The notes under the pieces are model-generated. The model did not search any database. It had not been told where the DNA came from and saw nothing but the letters and a program-made list of their open reading frames with translations. From Chryseobacterium gleum (lineage in GTDB: Bacteria; Bacteroidota; Bacteroidia; UBA10329): 64,000 nucleotides of DNA. A program made the translations under genes and the position numbers. The stretch lies in the NCBI GenBank assembly GCA_945903645.1, contig CAMDOM010000001.1, positions 118,491-182,490 on the forward strand, read 5' to 3'. Each line of letters begins with the position of its first letter. The stretch's first letter is position 1. This document shows positions 1 through 10,037 of this stretch, in pieces.

Positions 1-755
1 TCTACCGCATCATGGTAGCTAATGTGTGGAATAAGCACCGTGTCGTCAAACCATTTGGGGTCGGCATTTAGCACACCTGGCACGTCTTTCCAAATAACCA
101 CTTCGGTTGCATCGAGACAATAGGCCAATATAGCAGCGGTAAAATCGCTTCCCTCACGGCCAAGAGTTGTTGTAAAGTTTTCAGTTGTGCCACCAATAAA
201 TCCTTGCGTTATGCACACTTTAGATTTGGTTAGCGCTTTATTGGTAGCCGCTTTTGTCATGGTTTGGGTGGTTTCCCAATCTATGCGCCCATCGCGATAA
301 GTGTTGTCAGTTCGAATCAAATCTCGGGCATCCAACCACACGTTGCTCACGCATTCTTGGTTGAGAAACATGCTTACAATTACGGTAGAAAGCATTTCGC
401 CAATGGACACTATTTGGTCGTAATAAAAATCGGGATGATGCTGTGGAGCCTCTTCCAAAATCCATTCGAGTTCTACTAACGTATTGTCAATGGCATCTAA
501 AACAGCGGCAGATTCTGAACTAAATAATGCTTTGGCAATGGCGTGATGTTCTATCCGAACCGCGTCCAGATGCTGTTGTGGATTATCTTGTTTCATAAAC
601 GCTTTCCACAAGAGTTCCAATTTGTTGGTGGTTTTTCCCATGGCCGAAACCACAACCATCACTTCATCATTAGGATAAAGCCGAAGAATGCGCGTCACGT
701 TTCTCACACCATCTGCATCTTTCACGGATGCACCGCCAAACTTGAAAACTTTCAT
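1..755 (-). CDS. aspartate kinase (partial; N-terminal part in window, continues past position 1)
   Basis: Reverse-strand translation from the ATG at 753-755 gives MKVFKFGGASVKDADGVRNVTRILRL...VVVSAMGKTTN...LGREGSDFTAAILAY. This is the amino-acid-kinase fold and aspartokinase signature. Absent from the ORF track because there is no stop codon inside the window. Confidence 0.85.
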   Translation of the reverse strand, partial: MKVFKFGGASVKDADGVRNVTRILRLYPNDEVMVVVSAMGKTTNKLELLWKAFMKQDNPQQHLDAVRIEHHAIAKALFSSESAAVLDAIDNTLVELEWILEEAPQHHPDFYYDQIVSIGEMLSTVIVSMFLNQECVSNVWLDARDLIRTDNTYRDGRIDWETTQTMTKAATNKALTKSKVCITQGFIGGTTENFTTTLGREGSDFTAAILAYCLDATEVVIWKDVPGVLNADPKWFDDTVLIPHISYHDAV

Positions 756-850
756 GTGTTACCTAAAATGAAGGTGCAAAGATGCGGGTTGGATTGAGGT
801 GATAGGTAATGGAAAAACCAAATTATTTCTTCCATTCTCCAGCGAAATTT

Positions 851-1921
851 TCACGGTAATTGCAGCGAGTCGAGCAGGAAATTGGCATAAACGCGATGCC
901 CCGAATTGTTCAAATGTGCATCTGGATAAGGAACAAAATGCTGTTCACTCACCTTTGGCCAACTAATGTGCGGGCCAAGAACAGGATGATGAAACAGTGC
1001 TTTGTATTTCACTTGGTATGCTTCTCGGCTCATATCAGCTTCGCGCAGTTCGGGAATAATGACCAGTTGAAACGTTGCCCCTTGCGCCAAAACTGCGTCT
1101 CGGACCCGCAGGAGATAACTTGCAGTGAGCGACACATCATGAATAGCGTTTTCCCAACGCTGTTTCTCTGCCCATCGAAAACGTACAGAATACAATCGCG
1201 ACAGCACCGCACTTTTGCTAACTAGCCATTCCAAGGCATTGCGATTTCCGGTAAGCCAATATTTGTCGTGCATCAAATGCGAGTAGGCCGCCTCTGCATT
1301 CGGAAATTTCACGCCATCAATCTCGCTTAGTATGGCACCAGCATTGGTGAAGAAGTAGAAATTCTCGTTCGGAACAGGAATTCTGTCATGCAATAGGATA
1401 TCGTTTCCTACGAAGAAAAAAAGCACCACCGCATCAGGTTTCAATTTGGGAATATAGCGCTCCGCAACTAAGGCATATTGCACAGGGTCAGCAGCTGGAA
1501 TGCCTAGATTATGAACATTTGCTCCCGATACTTTTCTCACAATATTGGCAAATGCGCTGTCGTTGGGTGAAGCACTCATTCCCCAAGTATAGCTATCACC
1601 AATAAGCATTAGTGTAGGCTGGGTGCTGTCCACTTTGGTAAATTCGGGTGAGTTGAATCCTTCACTGTTTACCGTTAGACCATAAACCTGATGATTAGCA
1701 GCATTTGCCACCAAAATCGCATCATCGTTTACTCGAAAATCATCATATACTATTAGCGAATCCACCGCTTTGAAATTGAGCCAATTGGGGCTTACATCGC
1801 CCGGAGCAAAGCCATACTCCCGTACGCCAAACTCCACCGCACCAAGCAACACCGCAGTAAATGCAATGCTAAAAAGCCAACGATTGGTTGTGTTTTCGAA
1901 CGTCATAGAATTAGGATACAA
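851..1921 (-). CDS. SGNH/GDSL-type hydrolase family protein with N-terminal membrane anchor
   Basis: N-terminal hydrophobic helix (WLFSIAFTAVLLGAV) and a GDS(Y) block (MLIGDSYTWG). Size is about 350 aa. AlgJ/AlgX-like SGNH fold is inferred. Confidence 0.55.
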   Translation of the reverse strand: MYPNSMTFENTTNRWLFSIAFTAVLLGAVEFGVREYGFAPGDVSPNWLNFKAVDSLIVYDDFRVNDDAILVANAANHQVYGLTVNSEGFNSPEFTKVDSTQPTLMLIGDSYTWGMSASPNDSAFANIVRKVSGANVHNLGIPAADPVQYALVAERYIPKLKPDAVVLFFFVGNDILLHDRIPVPNENFYFFTNAGAILSEIDGVKFPNAEAAYSHLMHDKYWLTGNRNALEWLVSKSAVLSRLYSVRFRWAEKQRWENAIHDVSLTASYLLRVRDAVLAQGATFQLVIIPELREADMSREAYQVKYKALFHHPVLGPHISWPKVSEQHFVPYPDAHLNNSGHRVYANFLLDSLQLP

Positions 1922-2002
1922 AGCAATGGAATGCTTTGGGAATTGGCGTAATGGGTTTTAGCCTTGGCATTGTCACTTTCCTAGTGGTATTTTCGCGGCA
2001 CA

Positions 2003-2785
2003 ATGCTACTATGGCGTGCCAAACAGTATGTGAACTACCTAAGACGGGCCAAAAACAGGCATGGCATCCATTCGCCTTTTGTCTACAGTTTGCTCGATAC
2101 GGTTATTTACAGTTCAGAGAATCTCGAAGCGTATGGCATTGCCGAAGGTCTGAAAGATGCCCTATTGCGCGACACTAGAACCATCACCATTACCGATTTG
2201 GGAGCAGGTTCAAGCATATCTACTTCAAACCAGCGCAAGGTGAAGAACATTGCTCGAAGCTCTGCTAAAGAGCTGAAATACGGACGGTTGTTACACCGTA
2301 TGGTTACTCATTTTCAACCCAAGGAAATGGTGGAGTTGGGTACTTCGCTTGGCGTTAGTGCGCTGTATCAGGCAACTGGAAATTCAACAGGAAGGCTTAC
2401 CACATTTGAAGGCTGTCCGGAAACCGCAACCATTGCGCGCGAAAATTTTAAGAAAACCAATTCTGCTAACGTCACGCTGATTGAAGGTAACTTCGATGCA
2501 ACGCTGCAATCACATCTAAACGCTATTCCAAAATTGGATTGGTTCTTTAACGATGGTAATCATCGCAAAGAACCTACGTTGCGCTATTTCGAGTGGTGTT
2601 TGCAAAAAGCTCATTCCGAAACCATCCTCATCTTTGACGATATTTATTGGTCGAAAGAAATGGCTGAAGCTTGGGAGATTATCAAAGCACACGAACGAGT
2701 TTCGGTTACGCTAGATCTTTTTCAGATTGGAATTGTTTTCCTTCGTGAAGGACAAGCCAAGCAAAATTTTGTAATTCGCTACTGA
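2003..2785 (+). CDS. class I SAM-dependent methyltransferase
   Basis: Motif I E-x-G-x-x-x-G (VELGTSLGVS) and an acidic motif II (LIFDDIYW). Size is 260 aa. Confidence 0.6.
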   Translation: MLLWRAKQYVNYLRRAKNRHGIHSPFVYSLLDTVIYSSENLEAYGIAEGLKDALLRDTRTITITDLGAGSSISTSNQRKVKNIARSSAKELKYGRLLHRMVTHFQPKEMVELGTSLGVSALYQATGNSTGRLTTFEGCPETATIARENFKKTNSANVTLIEGNFDATLQSHLNAIPKLDWFFNDGNHRKEPTLRYFEWCLQKAHSETILIFDDIYWSKEMAEAWEIIKAHERVSVTLDLFQIGIVFLREGQAKQNFVIRY

Positions 2786-2841
2786 TAAGCCCACCTCGAA
2801 CTTTGAACCTCGAACCTTAAACGTTGAACTAACTTAGCCCC

Positions 2842-3555
2842 ATGGCAGATGTAATTCGCACAGTAAACTTGGCAAAAGTCTATCGCATGGGCACCGAAGA
2901 GGTGCATGCCCTGCGCGACATTAGCATCACAATCAAAAAAGGGGAGTATGTGGCATTGATGGGACCTTCGGGTTCGGGCAAGTCTACCCTTATGAATATG
3001 TTGGGCTGTTTGGATACGCCATCATCAGGGCAATATTTCCTTAGTGAACAGGACGTTAGCCAGATGAACGACAATCAACTTGCGGAGGTGCGCAACAAAG
3101 AAATTGGGTTCGTTTTCCAAACCTTCAATTTATTGCCGCGCTCCACTGCGTTAGACAATGTTTGTCTTCCTCTTATTTATGCTGGCAAGGCAAAGAAAGA
3201 ACGCGTTGTACGCGGGCAGCAAGTGCTAGAGCAGGTAGGTTTGGGCGATAGAATGAGCCACCGTCCAAACGAACTTTCGGGTGGACAACGGCAGCGTGTG
3301 GCTGTAGCTCGGGCTTTGGTAAATCATCCTGCTATGTTATTAGCTGATGAGCCCACAGGAAATTTGGACTCGAAAACGTCCATCGAAATAATGGGCTTAT
3401 TCGAAGAAATTCACAGCAATGGCAACACCATTGTGGTAGTGACCCACGAAGAAGAAATTGCACAACATGCCCACCGTATTATTCGCCTAAAGGATGGATT
3501 GGTTGAAAGCGACACGTTGAACCAAAACATCACAACGGTGTTACACAAGGCATGA
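2842..3555 (+). CDS. ABC transporter ATP-binding protein (LolD/MacB-type)
   Basis: Walker [13 protein letters not shown] signature [15 protein letters not shown], Walker [12 protein letters not shown] and the H-loop. A 4-bp overlap with the next gene suggests co-transcription. Confidence 0.9.
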   Translation: MADVIRTVNLAKVYRMGTEEVHALRDISITIKKGEYVALMGPSGSGKSTLMNMLGCLDTPSSGQYFLSEQDVSQMNDNQLAEVRNKEIGFVFQTFNLLPRSTALDNVCLPLIYAGKAKKERVVRGQQVLEQVGLGDRMSHRPNELSGGQRQRVAVARALVNHPAMLLADEPTGNLDSKTSIEIMGLFEEIHSNGNTIVVVTHEEEIAQHAHRIIRLKDGLVESDTLNQNITTVLHKA

Positions 3556-4100
3556 AGATTTATACGAAAACTGGCGATAATGGAACCACGGGTCTTTTTG
3601 GTGGTGCCCGTGTGCCGAAGCACCACATTCGCATCGAGAGTTATGGCACGGTTGATGAACTGAATTCCTACATCGGGCTAGTGCGTCATCGCGCCATTGA
3701 TGCGCATCACAGCACCACGCTAGGCGAAATACAAGACAGGTTGTTCACCATAGGTTCCATTCTAGCCTCCGACCCATCGAAGAATAACCTAAAAGTGCCC
3801 GATTTACATGAATCGGATGTGGCATTCTTAGAGCATGAAATAGATGGAATGAACGAGGCATTGCCCGAGATGCGGTTTTTTGTGCTTCCTGGAGGAAATG
3901 ATACCGTTGCTTTTTGTCATGTAGCCCGTTGTGTTTGTCGCAGGGCTGAGCGTTTGGCCGTTCTTCTTAATGAGAAAGAACCCATCAACCCGCTTGTAAT
4001 TATTTACCTCAATCGCCTCTCGGATTATCTCTTTGTGCTTGGCCGCAAGTTGGCGCAAGACGATAATGTTCAAGAAGTGCCTTGGAAACCTCGCCAATAG
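3552..4100 (+). CDS. ATP:cob(I)alamin adenosyltransferase, PduO-type
   Basis: N-terminus [15 protein letters not shown] is the hallmark of the PduO/MMAB adenosyltransferase family. Size is 182 aa. Confidence 0.85.
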   Translation: MKIYTKTGDNGTTGLFGGARVPKHHIRIESYGTVDELNSYIGLVRHRAIDAHHSTTLGEIQDRLFTIGSILASDPSKNNLKVPDLHESDVAFLEHEIDGMNEALPEMRFFVLPGGNDTVAFCHVARCVCRRAERLAVLLNEKEPINPLVIIYLNRLSDYLFVLGRKLAQDDNVQEVPWKPRQ

Positions 4101-4214
4101 GGGATTGTAGTTCCAATCTATTTTTTATTTGAGCTGGTTTATGCTATTGTATAATTTTTAGCTTTGCGCAAAATCCTAGGAGGTTACTTTTTTCCTCCGA
4201 TTAATGATTAACGC

Positions 4215-4436
4215 ATGTATTGGACTCTTGAACTTGCATCTCGTTTGGAAGATGCGCCTTGGCCTGCTACCAAAGACGAATTGATTGACTTTGCTATGCG
4301 CTCTGGTGCTCCGATGGAAGTAATCGAAAACCTTCAAGAAATTGAGGACGATAGCGAGATTTTCGAAAGCATCGAGGATGTTTGGCCTGACTATCCATCT
4401 AAAGAAGATTTCTTTTTTAACGAAGACGAATATTGA
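4215..4436 (+). CDS. DUF2795-family small protein
   Basis: 73-aa acidic protein with the WP-x-x-K-x-ELI-x-x-A-x-x-x-GAP-x-x-V-x-x-L pattern typical of DUF2795. A terminator follows. Confidence 0.55.
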   Translation: MYWTLELASRLEDAPWPATKDELIDFAMRSGAPMEVIENLQEIEDDSEIFESIEDVWPDYPSKEDFFFNEDEY

Positions 4437-4463
4437 CGCCAAGCGTCAACTCAAAATAGCGAA

Positions 4464-4497
4464 CGGCTCTGTCATGCGACAGGGCCGTTTTTGTTTG
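4464..4497 (+). terminator. rho-independent terminator (hairpin plus T-run), possibly bidirectional between convergent genes
   Basis: cggctctgtc-atgc-gacagggccg is a 10-bp stem with one G.U-type mismatch. It is followed by tttttgtttg. It lies between the DUF2795 gene (+) and the WYL regulator gene (-). Confidence 0.6.
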
Positions 4498-4509
4498 TAC
4501 TAGAAACGA

Positions 4510-5529
4510 TTATTTGTTGTAAAACGAGTCGGTCAAATTCAACGCCTTCACCACTTCTTCGCGCAATTTGCTGGGCGTTACCACTTCCACTTGATTTCCA
4601 TAAGAAAGAATGGTCATGGTCAGTTCTGGAGATGGAATAACACGAATGCGAACCACAATTCCATTTTCATCTTCGGCAATAGTTTCTTGTGTGGGATGTA
4701 GCGGCTGCGAGCGCACAAACAAACCTTGTTGCTTGGCAAACCGTAGCACCACATCTTCGGCCTGACCACCAGCAGTAATCCCGAAACTATGTCGAAACAA
4801 CGTTTCCGAATCAAAATCGGACGTCACCACAAAATAGCGAGGTGCGCTATGCAGATTGTCAATCCGATCAAGACCAAAAGTGCGTGTGGCATTGCGTTCC
4901 ACATCTCTACCAATCACATACCAACGATTACGATATTCCTTCAACAGATAGGGCTCCAACACCCGTTCCGATTTCGAATCGTCTAAATAAGAATGATAGC
5001 GAAACCGCACTTCTTGCCGTTGTTTTATGGCGGAAAGCAATTCAGGAAGTAAATCTGAACCTTGCGCCACGGGCGAAGTTTCAAACTGTACATGACGTTC
5101 TACGGCCTCATCTTCCATTTCGGGAGAAATGTTCATCCGGTCAAAAATCTTCTGAATGGCCGAGCCAAAGTCTTTGAACATCGCCATATCGCGAAACTGA
5201 AACAGCGTGGTAGCCGCCAGTTTTATCGCATCTTGCTCATTATCGCTAAGGCTAATATCTTTTATGGTGTACGATCCATCTTCATAATAATAGCCTTGTT
5301 CAAGCTTCGAGTATTTGATAGGCGCGTAGTAGCCCAACTCTTCCTCGGTGCGCATAGATTTTATGTCTTTCTCTATGGTGCTGCGTGATACACGCTCGTT
5401 GCTACTGCCATAAATGGCCTCTTCGCAAGCCTGCTGCAAATCTTCAATACTAGGAAACGGTCGATATTTATTGCTGATGCAACGGTCTATAACCCTATAG
5501 CGCAGTAGCGCATATTTATTCGCTGGCAT
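4510..5529 (-). CDS. WYL-domain transcriptional regulator (YafY/PafBC-like: N-terminal HTH, WYL, C-terminal WCX-like)
   Basis: N-terminal HTH (YALLRYRVIDRCI...), a central WYL signature (LLKEYRNRWYVIGRD) and a C-terminal beta-rich extension. It is co-directional and 25 bp downstream of the desaturase gene. Confidence 0.8.
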   Translation of the reverse strand: MPANKYALLRYRVIDRCISNKYRPFPSIEDLQQACEEAIYGSSNERVSRSTIEKDIKSMRTEEELGYYAPIKYSKLEQGYYYEDGSYTIKDISLSDNEQDAIKLAATTLFQFRDMAMFKDFGSAIQKIFDRMNISPEMEDEAVERHVQFETSPVAQGSDLLPELLSAIKQRQEVRFRYHSYLDDSKSERVLEPYLLKEYRNRWYVIGRDVERNATRTFGLDRIDNLHSAPRYFVVTSDFDSETLFRHSFGITAGGQAEDVVLRFAKQQGLFVRSQPLHPTQETIAEDENGIVVRIRVIPSPELTMTILSYGNQVEVVTPSKLREEVVKALNLTDSFYNK

Positions 5530-5553
5530 TGTGCCAAAGTTATTGCCTTAATC

Positions 5554-6666
5554 CTATGCCTTTACAGCAACAACTTTTAGTGGTTTTCCAAGCACATAAA
5601 GTTCTTTGGTATGATTCCAAATGGCGGCAAAGAAATTTCCATAAACATGGTAAGGAAGATTGTATTCCTCAGCTGTACGTTTCACAATTTTGCTCAAATG
5701 GCGGTAATGCACATGGCTCACATTCGGAAACAAATGATGCTCTATTTGGTAGTTTAGTCCGCCTACAAACCATGAGAAAACACGACTCTTTGGGCTAAAA
5801 TTGCAGGTGGTTTGCAATTGATGTACAAACCAATTGGTCTCCATTCTTCCGCTATCGGGCGCTGTGGGAAAATCTGCTTGGGGCATCACGTGGGCCGATT
5901 GGAAAATACTGGAAAGAATAATTCCTGCTATAAAATGCATACTCAAAAAGAACAGTAGCGTAACCCACCAAGAAACAGGAGAAAGCAGCATGGGCAGCAC
6001 CAACATCATCGTGTAATACACCAATTTGGCCATAGCCAATCGCGAAAATTGCCACGCAAAAATTCCTTTGCCTTTGGCGGTTAATCCCTTTGCCCTGAAT
6101 TCAAGAAATTGCTTAAAATCCTTTACCGTTGCCCAGTTTAGTGTCATCAATCCATAAAGAAACCATGCGTAGATGTATTGCACGCGGTGATAAAACCTAC
6201 GTTTGCTATGGGGCGAAAGGCGTAGAATTCCTCCCGTGTCAATATCACCATCGTGGCCATCAATGTTAGTATAGCTGTGGTGGAGCACATTGTGCTGAAT
6301 TTTCCAAACAAACGAACTTCCGCCCACAATATTGATGAGATAGCCAATCCATTGGTTCATGGTGGCACTTTGCGAATACGATCCGTGATTTGCATCATGC
6401 ATAATGCTCATGCCAATACCCGCCATCCCAAATGCCATAAAAACCCAAAGTATAAACAGCAGAGCAGGATGAACCACAACTCCAGTTAGCATCAATCCAT
6501 AGGGAATGAGGTAGATTGCCAAAAGCGTCACAGTCTTCATCACCATATTGGCATTACCATAGCGCGAAATGTCTTTTTGCTTGAAATACTCCGCCACACG
6601 GTCGCGCAGTGTATTCACAAATTCCATGTCGTTGGTAGTAGAAAATTTGACGCGTTTAATGGTCAT
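5554..6666 (-). CDS. membrane fatty-acid desaturase, front-end/Delta6-like family (often annotated linoleoyl-CoA desaturase)
   Basis: Three histidine boxes HDANHGSYS, HNVLHHSYTN and QIEHHLFP. The Q-x-x-HH third box is typical of front-end desaturases. Multiple TM helices and no cytochrome b5 fusion. Confidence 0.85.
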   Translation of the reverse strand: MTIKRVKFSTTNDMEFVNTLRDRVAEYFKQKDISRYGNANMVMKTVTLLAIYLIPYGLMLTGVVVHPALLFILWVFMAFGMAGIGMSIMHDANHGSYSQSATMNQWIGYLINIVGGSSFVWKIQHNVLHHSYTNIDGHDGDIDTGGILRLSPHSKRRFYHRVQYIYAWFLYGLMTLNWATVKDFKQFLEFRAKGLTAKGKGIFAWQFSRLAMAKLVYYTMMLVLPMLLSPVSWWVTLLFFLSMHFIAGIILSSIFQSAHVMPQADFPTAPDSGRMETNWFVHQLQTTCNFSPKSRVFSWFVGGLNYQIEHHLFPNVSHVHYRHLSKIVKRTAEEYNLPYHVYGNFFAAIWNHTKELYVLGKPLKVVAVKA

Positions 6667-6809
6667 AGCGTTGGGATGGTTGGAGTAGGGCGAAGGTAGT
6701 TTTCGCTTTGAGGATTCGAGTTGTCAATAATCAATTCTGGCCATGATATTTTGAGGGAATGCTCATCCGGTTTTAGGATTCAATTTTAAGCAATGAGTAC
6801 CTTTCGCCC

Positions 6810-8504
6810 ATGCTATGTGTAGTTGCTTTTCTCTGTCTTTTGCTACCTTTTGGTCTCGCTGCCCAACAAACCGAGCACAACCAAAATATCTGGTACGGAG
6901 AAACGGTCTATCAAATTTATCCGCGCTCGTTTTACGATACGAATGGAGATGGCATTGGTGACCTCAATGGCATCATCGCCAAACTCGACCACATTCAGCA
7001 ACTGGGCTTTGGCGCAATTTGGATTTCGCCTTTCTTCCTGAGTCCGCAGCAAGATTTTGGGTACGACATCAGCGACTACCGTAGCATTGCACCCGAGTAT
7101 GGCGATATGCAAACCTGTGAACAGCTTATTGTCGAAGTACACGAGCGGGGTATGCGCATCATTTTCGATTTGGTAATGAATCACACTAGCAATCAACACG
7201 CGTGGTTCAAAGAATCGACCTCATCGCGCACAAATTCTAAAGCCGATTGGTATGTATGGCATGATGGCAAAGGCAAATCGGGCAAGCGCCCTCCAACCAA
7301 TTGGAAAGCCTCGATTGGTGGCCAAGGTTGGCAGTGGAACGAAACACGAAAACAATTTTATTGGGCATCTTTTCTACCCTTTCAACCCGACCTCAATTAT
7401 CAAAACCCAGAGGTGAAAAACGCCATGCTAGATGTGGCGCGCTTCTGGCTTGCCAAAGGAGTAGATGGCTTTCGGCTCGACATTTTTAACTCTATATACG
7501 AAGACAGTGCCCTGCTCAACAATCCTCCAAGTCTGCGCATTATTCCAAGCGAAGAAAACCCCGATGGCTTTTTTCAGCAAGCCAAATACAACGTCAATCA
7601 GCCGCAAAGCTTTGTTTTTGCTACCGAATTGCGTGCCGTGGTCGATTCGTTCACAAGTCCACCACGGTTTCTTGTAGGCGAAGTGTTTGGCAACACCGCC
7701 ACTATCAAGCAATTTTGCGAATACAAAGGCAAAAGCGGACTGCATTCCGTTTTTCTCTTTCAAACACTTGGAACGAAGTTTAGCGCCAAAGCTTGGCATG
7801 AAGTGGTAAGAGGTTTCGAGCACGATTTTCCAGCTCCGCTCATTCCTACCTACGTGTATAGCAACCACGACCGCAAGCGCAGCATTACATCTGTGGGCAA
7901 CGACCCCGCGAAGGCCAAACTTCTTGCTTTAATGCAAATGACCTTGCGTGGCATTCTGTTCACCTACTATGGCGAAGAACTGGGAATTCCCAAGCCTATT
8001 TTACCCATGCGCTCGGGTCTCGATCCTTTGGCGCAAAAGTATCGCTCCATTCCGCAGTTCATGGTGAACATGACGGGCGAATCCTTGAATCGTGATGAAT
8101 GCCGTACACCCATGTTGTGGGACAGCACAGCGAATGCAGGATTCACCACAAAGGCCACGCCATGGCTTCCTGTTTCCGAAAATTATAAAGAAATAAACGC
8201 TTCTGCTCAGTGGAGCGACAGCAACTCATTACTTCGTTTCTATGCCGAAGTCCTAAAACTGCGCAATGCTACCAATGCCTTGCGTTTCGGCACGTTGCAA
8301 ATAGCAGAAAACCGCTGCGATAAGGATGTGTTTGCCTACTACCGCACTTTGGGCAATGAGACTTTCCTTGTTTTGCTCAATTTCTCGAAGCATGAAAAAA
8401 CATTCGTGGTGCCCAACGGAATCATTGAACTAACCACAGTGACTCTTCCTAAACAGAATATACTACAATCTTTTGAGGGAAGGGTAGTGAAATTGTATAA
8501 GTAG
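6810..8504 (+). CDS. glycoside hydrolase family 13 alpha-glucosidase / oligo-1,6-glucosidase-like, secreted
   Basis: Signal peptide. GH13 conserved regions I (FDLVMNHTS), II (GVDGFRLDIF, nucleophile Asp), III (VGEVFG, acid/base Glu) and IV (YSNHD). The N-terminus YQIYPRSFYDTNGDGIGDLNGI is typical of the oligo-1,6-glucosidase subgroup. Confidence 0.9.
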   Translation: MLCVVAFLCLLLPFGLAAQQTEHNQNIWYGETVYQIYPRSFYDTNGDGIGDLNGIIAKLDHIQQLGFGAIWISPFFLSPQQDFGYDISDYRSIAPEYGDMQTCEQLIVEVHERGMRIIFDLVMNHTSNQHAWFKESTSSRTNSKADWYVWHDGKGKSGKRPPTNWKASIGGQGWQWNETRKQFYWASFLPFQPDLNYQNPEVKNAMLDVARFWLAKGVDGFRLDIFNSIYEDSALLNNPPSLRIIPSEENPDGFFQQAKYNVNQPQSFVFATELRAVVDSFTSPPRFLVGEVFGNTATIKQFCEYKGKSGLHSVFLFQTLGTKFSAKAWHEVVRGFEHDFPAPLIPTYVYSNHDRKRSITSVGNDPAKAKLLALMQMTLRGILFTYYGEELGIPKPILPMRSGLDPLAQKYRSIPQFMVNMTGESLNRDECRTPMLWDSTANAGFTTKATPWLPVSENYKEINASAQWSDSNSLLRFYAEVLKLRNATNALRFGTLQIAENRCDKDVFAYYRTLGNETFLVLLNFSKHEKTFVVPNGIIELTTVTLPKQNILQSFEGRVVKLYK

Positions 8505-8555
8505 AATCCCGAGCCTGTTAGGGCTCTATTTGGGTATGTTGTCACATCCTTCTCT

Positions 8556-8577
8556 AGGCTATAAAAGCCTCTTTTTC
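8556..8577 (+). terminator. weak candidate terminator after the GH13 gene
   Basis: aggct-ataaa-agcct is a 5-bp stem, followed by ctttttcc. Confidence 0.3.
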
Positions 8578-8698
8578 CTATCATATTTCCTGACCAATAG
8601 TAATCACCAATACCCCCAAGATTTGTCAGATTTTGGTTGCTATCGCTCTCTACTATCGCTAAATGCTAGTGGTATCTTTGCGTGAAATCAAAATCCCA

Positions 8699-10003
8699 AT
8701 GCGCACTTTTATACTTGCTTTGTGTTTAATTCTAGCGTTTGGCGCTCAGGCCCAACAATCGCCCATCAAACCAACTGCACCAGTGTTGGTGAGTTACGAA
8801 TTGGTGAAGTCGCATACTTCGTCCACCTTAAAAACCCTATGGAAAGAAAAAGGTGTTCCCCGTATCGCCCTACCGGTAAAACTTGGTGTTGACATCTACG
8901 AAGTGGTATATCAAGTGCCTTGGATAGATGGAACCATGCGCCAAGCTTCTGGCATTTATTTCGTTCCAAAAACGGATAAAGCGATGCCTTTTATGATGTA
9001 TGGTCATGGCACTCGAATAGATAAAAACCGAGAGATTACTGACAAAGATGCCCAGCAGTTCATCTGCACCGCTTTCGCTACCGATGGTTATGCCACCATG
9101 TTTCCAGACTACTACGGCATTGGCAAAGGCGAAGGCAAGCATCTGTATCAACATGCATGGTCAGAGGCCCAATCATTTATCTACATGTTGTATGCAGTTG
9201 ACGAAATGAATAAGCAAATAAATGTGAAGCACGATAGTCAGCTATTTCTAACAGGCTATTCGCAAGGTGGCCATGCCTCTTTTGCAGCGCACAAATATTT
9301 AGAAGAGCTAAACGACCCACGATTCAAAATCACGGCATCTTCCCCCATGTCTGGTGCATACGATATGACTGGCGCTCAAGAGAAATACATGTTTCAAGAA
9401 TACCCACGTCCGTTCTATCTCCCATATTTGTTATTGTCCTATCAGCATGCCTACAACATTTTGGATTTGAAAAATCCGTACGAGATTTTTAGGTCTCCTT
9501 TCGATACGCTGTTTCCACCCTACTTCGAAAACAATGCTACGCGCACGCTGGAAGAGCTCAATAAACACATGCCCAAAATCCCTAAAGACGTAGTGAAGGA
9601 AGTATATGTCGATGCCTACGTTAACGACCCCGACTTTGCATTCAGGAAGCGCTTGATGGAAAACAACCTCACCGATTGGAAACCTGTCGCTCCCGTGCAG
9701 CTTTGCTATTGCAAAGGCGATAGAGAAGTGAACTATCAAAACTCGGAAGTGGCGCACCAAAAAATGACCAGCCTAGGTGTAACCACCGTTAAGCTCCTTA
9801 ACCTAAGTGACGAGCTCGACCACAATACCTGTGCTGCATTTGCCATGTTGGCTACCAAAGGCTATTTCGACCGTTTTAAGGACAAAGGAGATAACCCGAA
9901 GATGAAAAACATATCAGGATTCAAGAAATTCCTTATCGGTTTCATAAAACGTAAGGAAGAACGGAAATACAAAAAAGAGCATTCAGATAAAGGTTACATT
10001 TAA
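8699..10003 (+). CDS. secreted alpha/beta-hydrolase, LIP-like lipase family
   Basis: Signal peptide MRTFILALCLILAFGAQA, so the start is probably 8699 rather than the track start at 8663. Nucleophile elbow G-Y-S-Q-G (TGYSQGGHAS). A Lys-rich C-terminal tail. Confidence 0.6.
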   Translation: MRTFILALCLILAFGAQAQQSPIKPTAPVLVSYELVKSHTSSTLKTLWKEKGVPRIALPVKLGVDIYEVVYQVPWIDGTMRQASGIYFVPKTDKAMPFMMYGHGTRIDKNREITDKDAQQFICTAFATDGYATMFPDYYGIGKGEGKHLYQHAWSEAQSFIYMLYAVDEMNKQINVKHDSQLFLTGYSQGGHASFAAHKYLEELNDPRFKITASSPMSGAYDMTGAQEKYMFQEYPRPFYLPYLLLSYQHAYNILDLKNPYEIFRSPFDTLFPPYFENNATRTLEELNKHMPKIPKDVVKEVYVDAYVNDPDFAFRKRLMENNLTDWKPVAPVQLCYCKGDREVNYQNSEVAHQKMTSLGVTTVKLLNLSDELDHNTCAAFAMLATKGYFDRFKDKGDNPKMKNISGFKKFLIGFIKRKEERKYKKEHSDKGYI

Positions 10004-10037
10004 ACTGGAATTGTTTTAAGAAGGCAATTTCCACTGA

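Noticed and set aside
860-1225. 121-aa plus-strand ORF
   Set aside because: Antisense to the SGNH/GDSL hydrolase gene, and no motif.
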